NCBI GenBank assembly: GCA_964423815.1
Contig: CAYRGW010000014.1
Location: 505-64,504, forward strand
Direction: 5' to 3'
Origin: an uncultured Solibacteraceae bacterium
GTDB taxonomy: Bacteria; Acidobacteriota; Vicinamibacteria; Vicinamibacterales; SCN-69-37
Length of the DNA: 64,000 nucleotides
Positions within the stretch are counted from its first letter, which is position 1, and every line of letters starts with the position of its first letter. Below, one piece after another: positions 27,213 to 36,550 of this stretch. Both the position numbers and the translations under genes were made by a program. The notes beneath the pieces were generated by a model. That model made no database searches, had not been told where the DNA came from, and saw only the letters and a program-made list of their open reading frames with translations.

Positions 27213-29894
27213 TCATTCGGATCGCAGGCCGTCCACCGGATCAACACGCATGGCGCGCCAGGCGGGGGGCACACTTGCGATGAGGGCGGCGACGAAGAGC
27301 AGGAGGCCGGCGGTGACGATCGACGTGACGTCGTTGGGCTCCACGCCGAACAACACCGACGTCAGGGACTGCTGCACGCCCTGCATGAGCGCTATCCCAC
27401 CAAGCAGACCGACCACCACCAGGATGGCACTCTGACGTACGACAGCTGAGGCTACCGACAACGGTTTGGCGCCAAGCGTGAGTCGAATCGCAAGTTCACG
27501 CTTCCTTAACGCGACCGACCAGGAGAACAACCCATAGACCCCCAGAGCCGCGAGGAACGCGGCCAGGCCGCCGAACAGGCTCAGGGTGGTCATCAGCAAC
27601 CGCGGTTCGGCCGTGCTGGTGGCGAATCGGTCGGCCCAGGTGTCAACCGTCCCAAGGGGAGTCGTCGGTGACACCGCGCGAAGCGCCTGTTTCAGCCCGG
27701 CAATCCCAGTGGCCGTGTCGCGCGCATTGACGGCGATCGTGATCGCGGCGAACGGAAATTGTCGTGTCGGAAAGAACACCGCGGGTTCCGGCTCAAGTCC
27801 TAGCGCGACGTTCTGAATGTCAGCAACGACGCCAACGACACGAACGGTTGGCTGGATGCGATGCCCGTCCGGGGTGACCTTCCACGAGAGGTTCCGTCCG
27901 AGCGGCCCAATCTGCGACGACCACGACCGCATCTCACGTCCAAGAGCAGACTCGTCGCCGAAATACCGCCGCGCCGCGGTTTCATTGAGGATGACGACGG
28001 GGTCACTGTCACGGGTGTCCCTGTCGTTGAACAGCCGCCCGTCGACCAGCCGGGCGCCCATTGTCTCGAAGAACCCTTCACTCACCGACTGATGTTGCGC
28101 CTGCGGCGCCTCGGCCTCACTCGGCACAGGCAAGTCCGCCCGAATCAATGGACCGCGCCAGCCGTGGTCCAAGGGCAGGCGGTTGGTGCTTCCGGCCGAG
28201 ACGATGCCGGGTTGCTCACGCAGGCGATCCAGGATCTGCGCGTGCAATGTGCCCACGGTGCTCCACGCCTCGTAGCCTGAGTCAGCCGGGGAGATCTGCA
28301 CGCTGGTGACGACGGTCGATGATCCGTCGACTCCGAGCGGGACCTCCACCATCCGGCCCACCGTGCGCACCAGCAGCGCCGAACTGACCAGCAGCGCGCA
28401 CGCCAGCGCCACCTCCGCCATCACCAGTCCCTGATAAATACGCCGCGCACCGCGCGAGCTTCCGCGATCGCCGGACCGCAAGTCGCTGTTGATCTGCTTT
28501 TTCAGCAGCACCAGCGCCGGCACCAACCCAAACACCATCGTCATTGCGACGACGAGACCAAGGATCAGGAGCAGGACGCGCCCATTGATGGCGGCCTCAG
28601 CGAGCCGGGGAACCTCCACGGGGGTGAAAGCGATGATGATCGGTAGCGCGGCGAGGGCGACGATGACGCCGGCGACGGCTCCGGCGGTCGACAGGATCAG
28701 ACTTTCGGCAACCAACTGCGTGACGACCTGACGAGGCGTGGCCCCGAGAGCGGTGCGCACGGCCATCTCGCGCTCTCTGGAGAGCGCGCGCGTCAGCAGC
28801 AACGATGCGACGTTGAGGCACCCGATGATCAACAACAGCCCCACGGCGCCAAACAGCACATACAGTGCCGGCTGGTAATAACCAAGTTGGTCATCGAGCA
28901 GCGGCACCACGGCAAATGCCCAGCCCTTGTTGCTGGCTTCAAACTCGCTGCCCAGTCTCGCGGCCAGCGCTGCGGCTTCCGACGCCGCGTGTGCGATCGT
29001 CACATTGTCGGCCAGACGGGCGACACCTTCCATGAAGTGCGCCTGCCGGCTGTGTTGCGTCAGGTCCCAGGTGAGCCGCTGCCACACATCGATGTCATCG
29101 GGAAACCTGAATCCGGGCGGCATGATGCCGACCACAGTATGGGGCTCGCCGTTGAGCGACAGTTGTTTGCCAATCAGGCCCGTATCTGCGTTATACCGTG
29201 TGCGCCACAACCGGTCGCTGATGACGATCTGGAGATCGGTTCGGTGGAACAGCGCCTCTTCTCTGACGAAGCCCGGTCCGAGTTGTGGCGTGACACCCAG
29301 CAGGTGAAACAGGTTGGCACTGGTCTCAATGGTCGGCACTCTCAGCGGGTCGAGACCGGGATCCACGAGATTGATGTCCGGACGCCACCAGGCTGCCGCG
29401 TCCTTGAAGACCGGCAACGCCCGGTAGTCCATAAACGTCACCGGCGAGATGGGATCGTGGCTCAGCCCCTGTTTCACGTTGGTGTCCCACAGCTTCACCA
29501 GTCGGTCAGGCTGTTCGTAGGGCAGGGGACGAAGCACGACCGAGTCCACGATGGTGTAGACGACCGTCGCAGCGCCGGTGCCGAGACCAAGCACCAGCAC
29601 CGTGATGAAGACAAACGCCGGGTGCAGGCGGAACTGCCGCAGCGCCATCCGAAGCGAATAAATCATTGCGAGGCTCCTTGAGCGAGGTGGAGGCTTGAGT
29701 GGAAGCAGGCCCGATGTGGCCAGCGCGTGGTGTGCCTTCGTGCGGGCGGCATCTTCCGGCGCGCCGGTCTCCAGCGCGCCGAGGTAAATGTCTTCGAGGT
29801 GGGTGGCCAGCTCGTCGGTGGTCTGGGGCGACAAGTCGATGCCGGCTGACCGTGCGTGCCGCCGCACGACGTCCCGCCAGTCCGGCCGGATCAT
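27213..29894 (-). CDS. ADOP-family (MacB/FtsX-like, duplicated) ABC permease with N-terminal soluble 'prefix' domain
   Basis: 893 aa. The prefix is MIRPDWRDVVRRHARSAGIDLSPQTTDELATHLEDIY.... Two FtsX-type TM bundles are separated by large periplasmic domains. Trimmed from 27213-30047 to ATG 29894, which forms an ATGA overlap with the padR-family stop. Confidence 0.85.
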   Translation of the reverse strand: MIRPDWRDVVRRHARSAGIDLSPQTTDELATHLEDIYLGALETGAPEDAARTKAHHALATSGLLPLKPPPRSRSLAMIYSLRMALRQFRLHPAFVFITVLVLGLGTGAATVVYTIVDSVVLRPLPYEQPDRLVKLWDTNVKQGLSHDPISPVTFMDYRALPVFKDAAAWWRPDINLVDPGLDPLRVPTIETSANLFHLLGVTPQLGPGFVREEALFHRTDLQIVISDRLWRTRYNADTGLIGKQLSLNGEPHTVVGIMPPGFRFPDDIDVWQRLTWDLTQHSRQAHFMEGVARLADNVTIAHAASEAAALAARLGSEFEASNKGWAFAVVPLLDDQLGYYQPALYVLFGAVGLLLIIGCLNVASLLLTRALSREREMAVRTALGATPRQVVTQLVAESLILSTAGAVAGVIVALAALPIIIAFTPVEVPRLAEAAINGRVLLLILGLVVAMTMVFGLVPALVLLKKQINSDLRSGDRGSSRGARRIYQGLVMAEVALACALLVSSALLVRTVGRMVEVPLGVDGSSTVVTSVQISPADSGYEAWSTVGTLHAQILDRLREQPGIVSAGSTNRLPLDHGWRGPLIRADLPVPSEAEAPQAQHQSVSEGFFETMGARLVDGRLFNDRDTRDSDPVVILNETAARRYFGDESALGREMRSWSSQIGPLGRNLSWKVTPDGHRIQPTVRVVGVVADIQNVALGLEPEPAVFFPTRQFPFAAITIAVNARDTATGIAGLKQALRAVSPTTPLGTVDTWADRFATSTAEPRLLMTTLSLFGGLAAFLAALGVYGLFSWSVALRKRELAIRLTLGAKPLSVASAVVRQSAILVVVGLLGGIALMQGVQQSLTSVLFGVEPNDVTSIVTAGLLLFVAALIASVPPAWRAMRVDPVDGLRSE

Positions 29895-30235
29895 GCGAAC
29901 CGGACCCCTGCCACCTGTCCCAGCGCGGTGACAAACTTCGCCCACTCTTCGCGTTGGGCCGTCAGGACTTTCCGGCCCTCGGCGGTAATTCGGTAGTGGC
30001 GGCGGCGCCGCTGCCCGGCCTTTTCCACCCATCGCCCGGTGATCCACCGCCGGGCCTCGAGCCGGTACAAGGTGGCGTAGAGGCCGGCGAGTGTAAAGGT
30101 CAACGTGCCGTCCGACCGCAGCTCGATCTGTTTTGCGATTTCGTAGCCGTGCAGGTCGATATCCTCGACCAGCGCCAGAATCAGGATCTCGGCACTGCCC
30201 CGTTTGGCCTCGTCAATCGCGGTTCGTTCACCCAT
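29891..30235 (-). CDS. PadR-family transcriptional regulator
   Basis: 114 aa. ILILALVEDIDLHGYEIAKQI...LYATLYRLEARRWITGRW...RRRHYRITAEGRKVL is a classic PadR winged helix. GAGG lies upstream of the ATG. Confidence 0.9.
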   Translation of the reverse strand: MGERTAIDEAKRGSAEILILALVEDIDLHGYEIAKQIELRSDGTLTFTLAGLYATLYRLEARRWITGRWVEKAGQRRRRHYRITAEGRKVLTAQREEWAKFVTALGQVAGVRFA

Positions 30236-30253
30236 GGCGCCTCATACATAACA

Positions 30254-30269
30254 ACGTGATACATCACGT
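30254..30269. promoter_or_regulatory. Candidate PadR operator: perfect palindrome ACGTGAT-AC-ATCACGT
   Basis: Read directly. It lies 19-34 nt upstream of the padR-family ATG (30235), in an AT-richer patch. Confidence 0.35.
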
Positions 30270-30300
30270 CGTAGGGGCTTTGACGGTGGGGATGGCCAAA

Positions 30301-30352
30301 GGGTTGGGGCCCGGGCTGCGCCCACGCATGCCGCCAAAGGCGGCCCCAACCC
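30301..30352 (-). terminator. Candidate terminator hairpin after the propeller operon
   Basis: GGGTTGGGGCC (30301-30311) is complementary to GGCCCCAACCC (30342-30352), with an inner GCCGCC-AAA-GGCGGC hairpin. It sits about 65 nt downstream of the stop at 30417. Only a weak U-tract follows. Confidence 0.35.
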
Positions 30353-30416
30353 TGGCGTCCTGCGCCGACGCCCAGGCACGGATTTCTCCATGCCTCCATG
30401 TCTCGTGTGAATGAAT

Positions 30417-31526
30417 TTACTGGCCGATGGAATAGATGCGGCCGTCGCCGTCGCCGATGATGATGCGGCCGCCGGAGACGGCGGGCGAACCGGTGATCGG
30501 CGCGCCGGCTTCGAACTCCCACAACTTCTTGCCGGAGTTCAGATCGAGCACGTAGAGCTTGCCGTCGCTCGAGCCGACGATGACACGGGTGTCCACGATG
30601 ACAGGGGAGGATTCCACGCGGGCGCGGGTGGGGAACACCCAGCGCTGTGTGCCCGTGGCCATGTCGATGGCGCGGACGTTCTTGTCGCGTCCGCCCAGCA
30701 CCATCACACCGTTGCCCAGCGCGGCGGAGGAGTAATACGGGAACTGGCGGTCCGGGTCCATAAAACGCCACTTGACCTTTTTGGCCGCGATGTCCCCCGC
30801 GACCACCTCGTTCGCGAACGTGCCGTAGTAGGCAACGCCGTTGGCAATGGCCGGTGACGCAGCGGTATAGGCTTCGGTCGCCAGTTTCACCACCTGCACG
30901 CCGTCGCTGATGCGGACACCGTGAAAGAATTCGTCACACCCGCCGAAGTACGCGACCCCGTTCCAGACCGCCGGTGTGGCGTGCACATAGTTGTCGGTCT
31001 GCACCTTCCACGCCTGTTTGCCCGTCGCCACGTCCAGCCCGTACAGGTGCCCGTCGTACGACCCGATCAGCACCTTGCCGCCGCTGACGACCGGTGACGA
31101 TTTGATCTCGGCGCCGGTCTTGAACGTCCAGCGCGCCTTGCCCGTGGTGGCATCCACCGCATGGAACACACCGGCAAGATCGCCGATGTACACCACGCCG
31201 TTGGCCACCGCCGGCGACGACTCGCCGATCCCGTAGTCGTCCGAGACGGCCCTGTACGTCCACCGGGGTTTGCCCGTGGAGGTATCGATCGCGAGCAACT
31301 GCCCCGCGCCGGTGCCGATGTAGGCAATGCCGTCCACAATCGCCGCCGACGAGTCGATCGTCGTGCCCGCGTCGTACGTCCACTGCATCCTCAGCGTCGT
31401 CGGCAAGGCAGACGATGCCACTCCGGACAATGTCGGAGTGTTACGAAACTGACTCCAGTTCGTGGACTGCGCGTGTGATGTGACGCACAGCGCGCCCATC
31501 ACGAGCGCGAGAGCAGCGGTTCTCAT
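30417..31526 (-). CDS. Secreted PQQ-like (BamB-like) beta-propeller repeat protein
   Basis: Signal peptide [20 protein letters not shown]. Repeated blades of the type ...G.VY.G..DG.L.A.D..TGK..W.... Trimmed from 30417-31736 to ATG 31526 (ATGA overlap with the upstream gene). Confidence 0.8.
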   Translation of the reverse strand: MRTAALALVMGALCVTSHAQSTNWSQFRNTPTLSGVASSALPTTLRMQWTYDAGTTIDSSAAIVDGIAYIGTGAGQLLAIDTSTGKPRWTYRAVSDDYGIGESSPAVANGVVYIGDLAGVFHAVDATTGKARWTFKTGAEIKSSPVVSGGKVLIGSYDGHLYGLDVATGKQAWKVQTDNYVHATPAVWNGVAYFGGCDEFFHGVRISDGVQVVKLATEAYTAASPAIANGVAYYGTFANEVVAGDIAAKKVKWRFMDPDRQFPYYSSAALGNGVMVLGGRDKNVRAIDMATGTQRWVFPTRARVESSPVIVDTRVIVGSSDGKLYVLDLNSGKKLWEFEAGAPITGSPAVSGGRIIIGDGDGRIYSIGQ

Positions 31527-32977
31527 TTCAGCTTCGCGCCCTGCGCAATCGCGTACAGGTTGTTCCTCGTCATGACATACATCGTGCCGTTCGCGGTGAT
31601 GACCGTCGAATAGACCGAGCTGCCCATGTTGACCTCGTTGATCACCTTCTTCTCGCGGCCGTGCTGGAAGATGGTGACGTCGCCGTCTTCGTCGCCGAGG
31701 TAGACCTTGCCGTCGGCGACCATGGCCGAGCTCCACATTGCGGCAAACATGTCGTGCACCCAGAGCGGCTGGCCGGTCTTGGCATCAAGCGCATGGAAGA
31801 AGCCCGAGAAGTCGGGGTAATAAATCACTCCATCCTTCACCGCAGCGGTCGAGATGCTGCGACGGATCTTCTCGTAGTGCCACAGGCGGCCGGTCTCGGT
31901 GATGTCGCCGCGTTTGGTCGCGTCGATCGCATACAGATGTCCGATGCCTTCGCCGTGTTCCGGATCCTGGCCATTGGCGATGTAGACCACGTCGCCGACG
32001 ACGACCGGCGTGGCGATGATTTCGTTGCGCGTCTTTGGCCAGACCGCGTCCTTCGGGTTGGAATCAAACTCCCAGAGTTTTTTGCCGGTCTTGGCTTCAT
32101 AGCCGCGGATCCAGCCGTCGCCCTGGCCGTGGATGACCTGCTGCACGCCGCCGATGGTCCCGACCGTGGGTGTGGACCACTGGCCGTGCAGGATCTTGTC
32201 GCCTGGGGACGCGTCCTCCCACATCAGTTCGCCGGTGATGCGATCCAACGCGATAATCGCCGGCGCTTTGGGTGAGGGAATGTTGACGTGGCTTTCGTCC
32301 TGACCATTACCGGTCGAGACGTAAATCATGTTGTCGAGGAACACCGGCGAGGAATTGGCGAGGTTATGCGGGAAGGCCCCCACCTCTTCCATCATGTCGA
32401 ATTCCCAGAGCACGTCCGGGTCGTTCGGGCCGGACAACTTTTCGTCCTTCTTCGGGCCGTCGTTTTCACCGTCGTGGAATCCCTGGATGTCCACGGCGTG
32501 CACCACACCACGGTTGGACACAAAGTACGCAATCTCACCGAGCACGAGGGGCGACGACGCGATGCCCTGGAAGGGCCAGTCATTGGCGCGGCCCGATGTG
32601 AGTTTTTCGTAGGTGGCCTGCCACATGAACTCACCCGTGCTCTCGCGGAACGCCATGAGGACGCCGCGGTCCCCCGGTTGTTTGGGATCACGCACGGCTT
32701 CGTTGTTGGTGCCGACGAGCACCACACCGCCGCCGATCACGGGATTGCCGTAACTCTGTGATCCGAGCGCGGCGACCCACTTGATGTTTTCGCCGGTCTT
32801 GACGTCCCACGTGGTGGGCAGTCCCGTGGCGTCCGACACCATGTTGCGATCGGGAGACCCGCCCCACATCGGCCACGACGTCACGCCTTTGGTGGCGGGT
32901 GTCTGGCTGGCGGAGATCGTCAAGGCACACACGGCGACAAACGCCGCAGAACACACAGTCACTACACGCTTATTCAT
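31523..32977 (-). CDS. Secreted PQQ-like beta-propeller repeat protein
   Basis: 484 aa. Signal peptide [23 protein letters not shown]. Blade repeats such as VYIANGQD..., [23 protein letters not shown]. Confidence 0.8.
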   Translation of the reverse strand: MNKRVVTVCSAAFVAVCALTISASQTPATKGVTSWPMWGGSPDRNMVSDATGLPTTWDVKTGENIKWVAALGSQSYGNPVIGGGVVLVGTNNEAVRDPKQPGDRGVLMAFRESTGEFMWQATYEKLTSGRANDWPFQGIASSPLVLGEIAYFVSNRGVVHAVDIQGFHDGENDGPKKDEKLSGPNDPDVLWEFDMMEEVGAFPHNLANSSPVFLDNMIYVSTGNGQDESHVNIPSPKAPAIIALDRITGELMWEDASPGDKILHGQWSTPTVGTIGGVQQVIHGQGDGWIRGYEAKTGKKLWEFDSNPKDAVWPKTRNEIIATPVVVGDVVYIANGQDPEHGEGIGHLYAIDATKRGDITETGRLWHYEKIRRSISTAAVKDGVIYYPDFSGFFHALDAKTGQPLWVHDMFAAMWSSAMVADGKVYLGDEDGDVTIFQHGREKKVINEVNMGSSVYSTVITANGTMYVMTRNNLYAIAQGAKLK

Positions 32978-32985
32978 CTGAAGTC

Positions 32986-35166
32986 CTACTGGTTCCGATA
33001 GACCTTGAAATTGTCGAAGAACACATCAGAGATGCCGTCGCCATACAGTCCCGGCGCCCCGGCACGATGGGGAATCGTGTCGACCTTCTCGATGGTCCAC
33101 GCGGACGGTTCGGCCTCCGCGGCCGGCCAGACCTTGCCCTGTACCAGCGTGGTGCCGTCGGGGCGATTCTGCACACGCAGCTTCATGCGATACCAGGTGT
33201 TGACCGGCCACGTGAAGTTGTCCACGCTCACCGTCATCTCGTTGGCGGCCTGCCAGGGCTGCAACTCAATCTTCTGGTTGTTGCCAAACAACATCAGGAT
33301 GTAGCGCTGATTGATGATGCCGACGTCGCCGCGCTGCCGGCGCATCTCCACGCCCCGCACGTCCACCTCGACCGTGTAGTCGGACCAGTCGGGTTTGCCC
33401 ATCAGGAACTTGGTGCGCCGACCCACGGTGTCATCACGCGGACGCACCAGCGCCGTGTTGCCTTCAAGTTCCCGGGGCGAGCCCTTCAGGTTCGAGATCC
33501 ACCACGACGGCGTGGTCTTCATCCCCTCGAAGTCGATGGCCCACGGCAGCGCGGGAATCACCCGCACACGCGCCTGACCGGTCACACCACCCACGGCCGC
33601 CTTCACATACCCGGCCGACCCTTCCTTCGGAGCGGTGTACCGCCCATTCGCATCCACCGTGCCGGCGAGTTGATCGACGGTCCACGTCACTTCGGCGCCT
33701 TTGGCCTCACGAATGAATGCACCCTTCGCATCAAACAACTTCACCGAGAACGCCTGCGCCTGTCCCGGGTCCAGCAACGCTTCGTACGGAAAGACCTGCA
33801 CTTGCGCGGGGGCAGCGGTCGACGCGGCCTGTGGGGCCACACGCGGCGCCGCCGGCACTGCGACCGGCGCCTTCGGCCCGATCGCATAGAGGCGCTCCAT
33901 CGACGTGACGTAGACACGACCACCAGCGACGATGGGTGTGGCCACGATCACTTCGGGTTCACCCGCCTGGCCAAGCATGTCTTCATCGAGCACTTCTACG
34001 CCGGTGGCGCTGGGTTGCAGAATGTAGAACTTGCCGTTTTCGGTGCCGACGTAGAGCTTGCCGTCAGCGAGCGTCGCCGACCCTTTCTGCAAGGTGCCCA
34101 GCGTCCGTTCCCACAGCTGCTTGCCGGTCTGGGTGTCAAACGCCTCGAGGATGGCACCGTTGTCCACCACGTACAGACGATTGCCGTCGAGCACCGGGGA
34201 CGAAAAGGTCGGCATGAACCCGTGCGTGTTCCACTGCAGGGCCGTCAGCGGAATTTCGCCGCTCTTGCCCGTCAGATCCACGGCGGCCACCATGCCCATC
34301 GCTGTCGTGTCCATGTTCTCTTCACCATGGGTCACATACAGCGTGGTGCCTCGCAGGACCGGGCTGCCGAGGATCGCGCGTTTGCTCACCTCAAGGCGCC
34401 AGATGGGTTTGCCGGTGTTGAGCTGCAGTCCGTGAAACGCACCGTCCGTGCCGCCCACGATCATCTGGCGCACACCGTCGATGGTCGCGACGATCGGACT
34501 CGAGTAGTTCGTGTCGTAGTGGCGCGGCTGCGGCGCACTCACCCACACGGTCTGGCCGGTGGTTTTGTCGAAGGCGAAGTACCGATTGCCGGGGCGACCC
34601 AGATCGCCCCATCCCTGCAACAGGGTGTTGAGGATGAGCAGGTTGCCTTCCACGATGGGCGACGTGGTGCGACCGCCGTGGGTGGTAATGGCGCCGTATT
34701 CCTCGGGCAACGAACGTGTCCACAACTTCTCACCAGCCGGGTTGAACGCCACCAGCTCCGCCGAAATCGTGAAGATGAAGATGTTGCCGGTTGCCGGATC
34801 CACCGCAGGTGATGCCCAGGCGATGCGATGTTGAGGGACGTCACTCAGGTACTGACTCAGTTGACGTTCCCAGAGCACCTTGCCGGTCGTGACATCCACC
34901 GCCACCAGACGTTCCTGTGTGGTCGAGACATCACCGGTGGTGTTGGTTTGGAGATAGAGCCGGTTGCCGTGCACGACGGGCGCCGAACGGCCTCCCATCG
35001 GCAGCGTCCACGCCAGATTTTCCCCTGCGGGCGACCACCGGGTCGGCAGGTTCCGCTCAGACGACGTGCCATCGCGGTGAGGGCCTCGGGACTCGGGCCA
35101 CTGGCTGGCTGCCAGGACCGGCGCCACAATCAGAACGGCAACGATAATCAGTAGTTTTCTTCGCAT
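32986..35166 (-). CDS. Secreted PQQ-like beta-propeller protein with C-terminal concanavalin-A-like (LamG/DUF1080-like) domain
   Basis: Signal peptide MRRKLLIIVAVLIVAPVLAA. The N-terminal ~430 aa are propeller blades (LVAVDVTTGKVLW, FHGLQLNTGKPIW, LEAFDTQTGKQLW). A Big-like middle region follows. The C-terminal ~190 aa end ...GAPGLYGDGISDVFFDNFKVYRNQ, a jelly-roll-type ending. The domain call is tentative. Trimmed to ATG 35166. Confidence 0.75.
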   Translation of the reverse strand: MRRKLLIIVAVLIVAPVLAASQWPESRGPHRDGTSSERNLPTRWSPAGENLAWTLPMGGRSAPVVHGNRLYLQTNTTGDVSTTQERLVAVDVTTGKVLWERQLSQYLSDVPQHRIAWASPAVDPATGNIFIFTISAELVAFNPAGEKLWTRSLPEEYGAITTHGGRTTSPIVEGNLLILNTLLQGWGDLGRPGNRYFAFDKTTGQTVWVSAPQPRHYDTNYSSPIVATIDGVRQMIVGGTDGAFHGLQLNTGKPIWRLEVSKRAILGSPVLRGTTLYVTHGEENMDTTAMGMVAAVDLTGKSGEIPLTALQWNTHGFMPTFSSPVLDGNRLYVVDNGAILEAFDTQTGKQLWERTLGTLQKGSATLADGKLYVGTENGKFYILQPSATGVEVLDEDMLGQAGEPEVIVATPIVAGGRVYVTSMERLYAIGPKAPVAVPAAPRVAPQAASTAAPAQVQVFPYEALLDPGQAQAFSVKLFDAKGAFIREAKGAEVTWTVDQLAGTVDANGRYTAPKEGSAGYVKAAVGGVTGQARVRVIPALPWAIDFEGMKTTPSWWISNLKGSPRELEGNTALVRPRDDTVGRRTKFLMGKPDWSDYTVEVDVRGVEMRRQRGDVGIINQRYILMLFGNNQKIELQPWQAANEMTVSVDNFTWPVNTWYRMKLRVQNRPDGTTLVQGKVWPAAEAEPSAWTIEKVDTIPHRAGAPGLYGDGISDVFFDNFKVYRNQ

Positions 35167-35225
35167 ATAGGGGATACTCGCGACCTTACAATGCCCGGCC
35201 CCATGGGTCAATTCGAGCGGATAGA

Positions 35226-35948
35226 ATGACGGCTATGCCCCAGACCCGGCGCTACCGGATCTACGACTCCGGACGGGTGGTCGTTGCCCCGGTGCTCGCC
35301 CTGCTGACCGTGGTCGCCGGATGTGGCGGCAACACCGGGTCCGAGACCTCCAAGGGCAGTTACGACCCGAAAACAGGGCGTCTCGTGCAGATCACCTACG
35401 ACCGTAACGGGAATGGGCGCATCGACACCTGGACCAAAATGGACGGCACTCGTCCCATTTCCTCCGAACTTGATACCAACGAGGACGGCCGTATTGATCG
35501 GTGGGAGGAGTACGACGAACAGGGGCGACTCACCCGTGCCGGATGGACAAGGCCGGCTACCGAGATCACTCCCGGCGCACCGGTGACACCGCCGACGCCC
35601 GGTGCCACACCGACGCCGGATGCCTGGCTCTACACGTCGGCAGACGGCAAGACCTCCCGCATTGAATTTTTTGATATCGACAACACCGGCGCCGAGGTGG
35701 TGACCCGGCGGGAATTTTACGAGGGGACGGTCCTGGTGCGCGTCGAAGAAGACAAGGACGGCGACGACATCGTCGACCAGTGGGAGACCTGGGAAGGCGG
35801 CGCGCTCAAATACGTCGAGTTTGATGACGCAAATGATGGCCGCCCCGACCGGCGCTTCACCTACACCAACGGGGCGCTGGTGCTTATCGAGAGTGCGCCG
35901 GACGCGTCGGGTGCGTACACCAAACGTGTTGTGCCGGGGGGGCGGTAA
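35226..35948 (+). CDS. Lipoprotein with repeated EF-hand-like D-x-[DN]-x-[DN]-G-x-x-D-x-W motifs
   Basis: Lipobox LLTVVAGC. Repeats DRNGNGRIDTW, DTNEDGRIDRW, DKDGDDIVDQW, DANDGRPDRRF. An alternative ATG at 35235 lies 7 nt after a TAGAAT box. Confidence 0.7.
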   Translation: MTAMPQTRRYRIYDSGRVVVAPVLALLTVVAGCGGNTGSETSKGSYDPKTGRLVQITYDRNGNGRIDTWTKMDGTRPISSELDTNEDGRIDRWEEYDEQGRLTRAGWTRPATEITPGAPVTPPTPGATPTPDAWLYTSADGKTSRIEFFDIDNTGAEVVTRREFYEGTVLVRVEEDKDGDDIVDQWETWEGGALKYVEFDDANDGRPDRRFTYTNGALVLIESAPDASGAYTKRVVPGGR

Positions 35949-35953
35949 CCGTC

Positions 35954-36550
35954 ATGTTGCGTGTGGCGTGTGACCTCGACGGCACCCTCGCCGATCTGTC
36001 GAGTGCGTATCGCAAGGTGGAGGAACGGGTCCACGGCGATTCCGACGGGCTGGTCTGGGATGAAATCCGCAGCATCGAAAACTTCTGGGTGGGGCTCGAT
36101 CCGGTGGAACCGGGCATCGTTCGACGCCTCTTTGAACTATCGAAGCGGGCGAAGTGGGAGTTGCTGTTTGTCACACAGCGGCCTGGGACGTCGGGCGACT
36201 CCGTTCAGCGGCAGACGCAGCAGTGGCTGGTGAATCAGGGATTTGAGTCACCGAGTGTCGTGACGGTCCCCGGATCGCGTGGCAGGGCCGCACACGCGCT
36301 TGATCTGGATTTTCTGATCGACGACCTCCCGCGGAATTGCATCGATGTGGCGTCGGAGTCCCGATGCCGGCCGCTTCTGGTCGCGCGGAATCCCAATCAG
36401 GAAACGGAGCAGGCTGCCGCCCGCTTCAAAATTTCCATTGTGCATTCGGTGTCTGACGCGCTCGACATCATCGAGGCCAACACGCCGCAGCTTCGCGAGA
36501 CGGCCCGGAGCCAGAGCTGGCTCAGGCGACTGGGCCTGGGGCTGGGCTAG
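35954..36550 (+). CDS. HAD-superfamily hydrolase (5'(3')-nucleotidase-like)
   Basis: N-terminal DLDGTLAD (HAD motif I) and a later DD motif (FLIDDLPRN). Confidence 0.7.
   Translation: MLRVACDLDGTLADLSSAYRKVEERVHGDSDGLVWDEIRSIENFWVGLDPVEPGIVRRLFELSKRAKWELLFVTQRPGTSGDSVQRQTQQWLVNQGFESPSVVTVPGSRGRAAHALDLDFLIDDLPRNCIDVASESRCRPLLVARNPNQETEQAAARFKISIVHSVSDALDIIEANTPQLRETARSQSWLRRLGLGLG

Noticed and set aside
30417-35166. Calling the three propeller proteins PQQ-dependent dehydrogenases or BamB.
   Set aside because: Only the generic PQQ-like blade repeat is visible. The sizes, the lack of recognisable catalytic or cofactor motifs, and the tandem secreted paralogs argue against both specific assignments.
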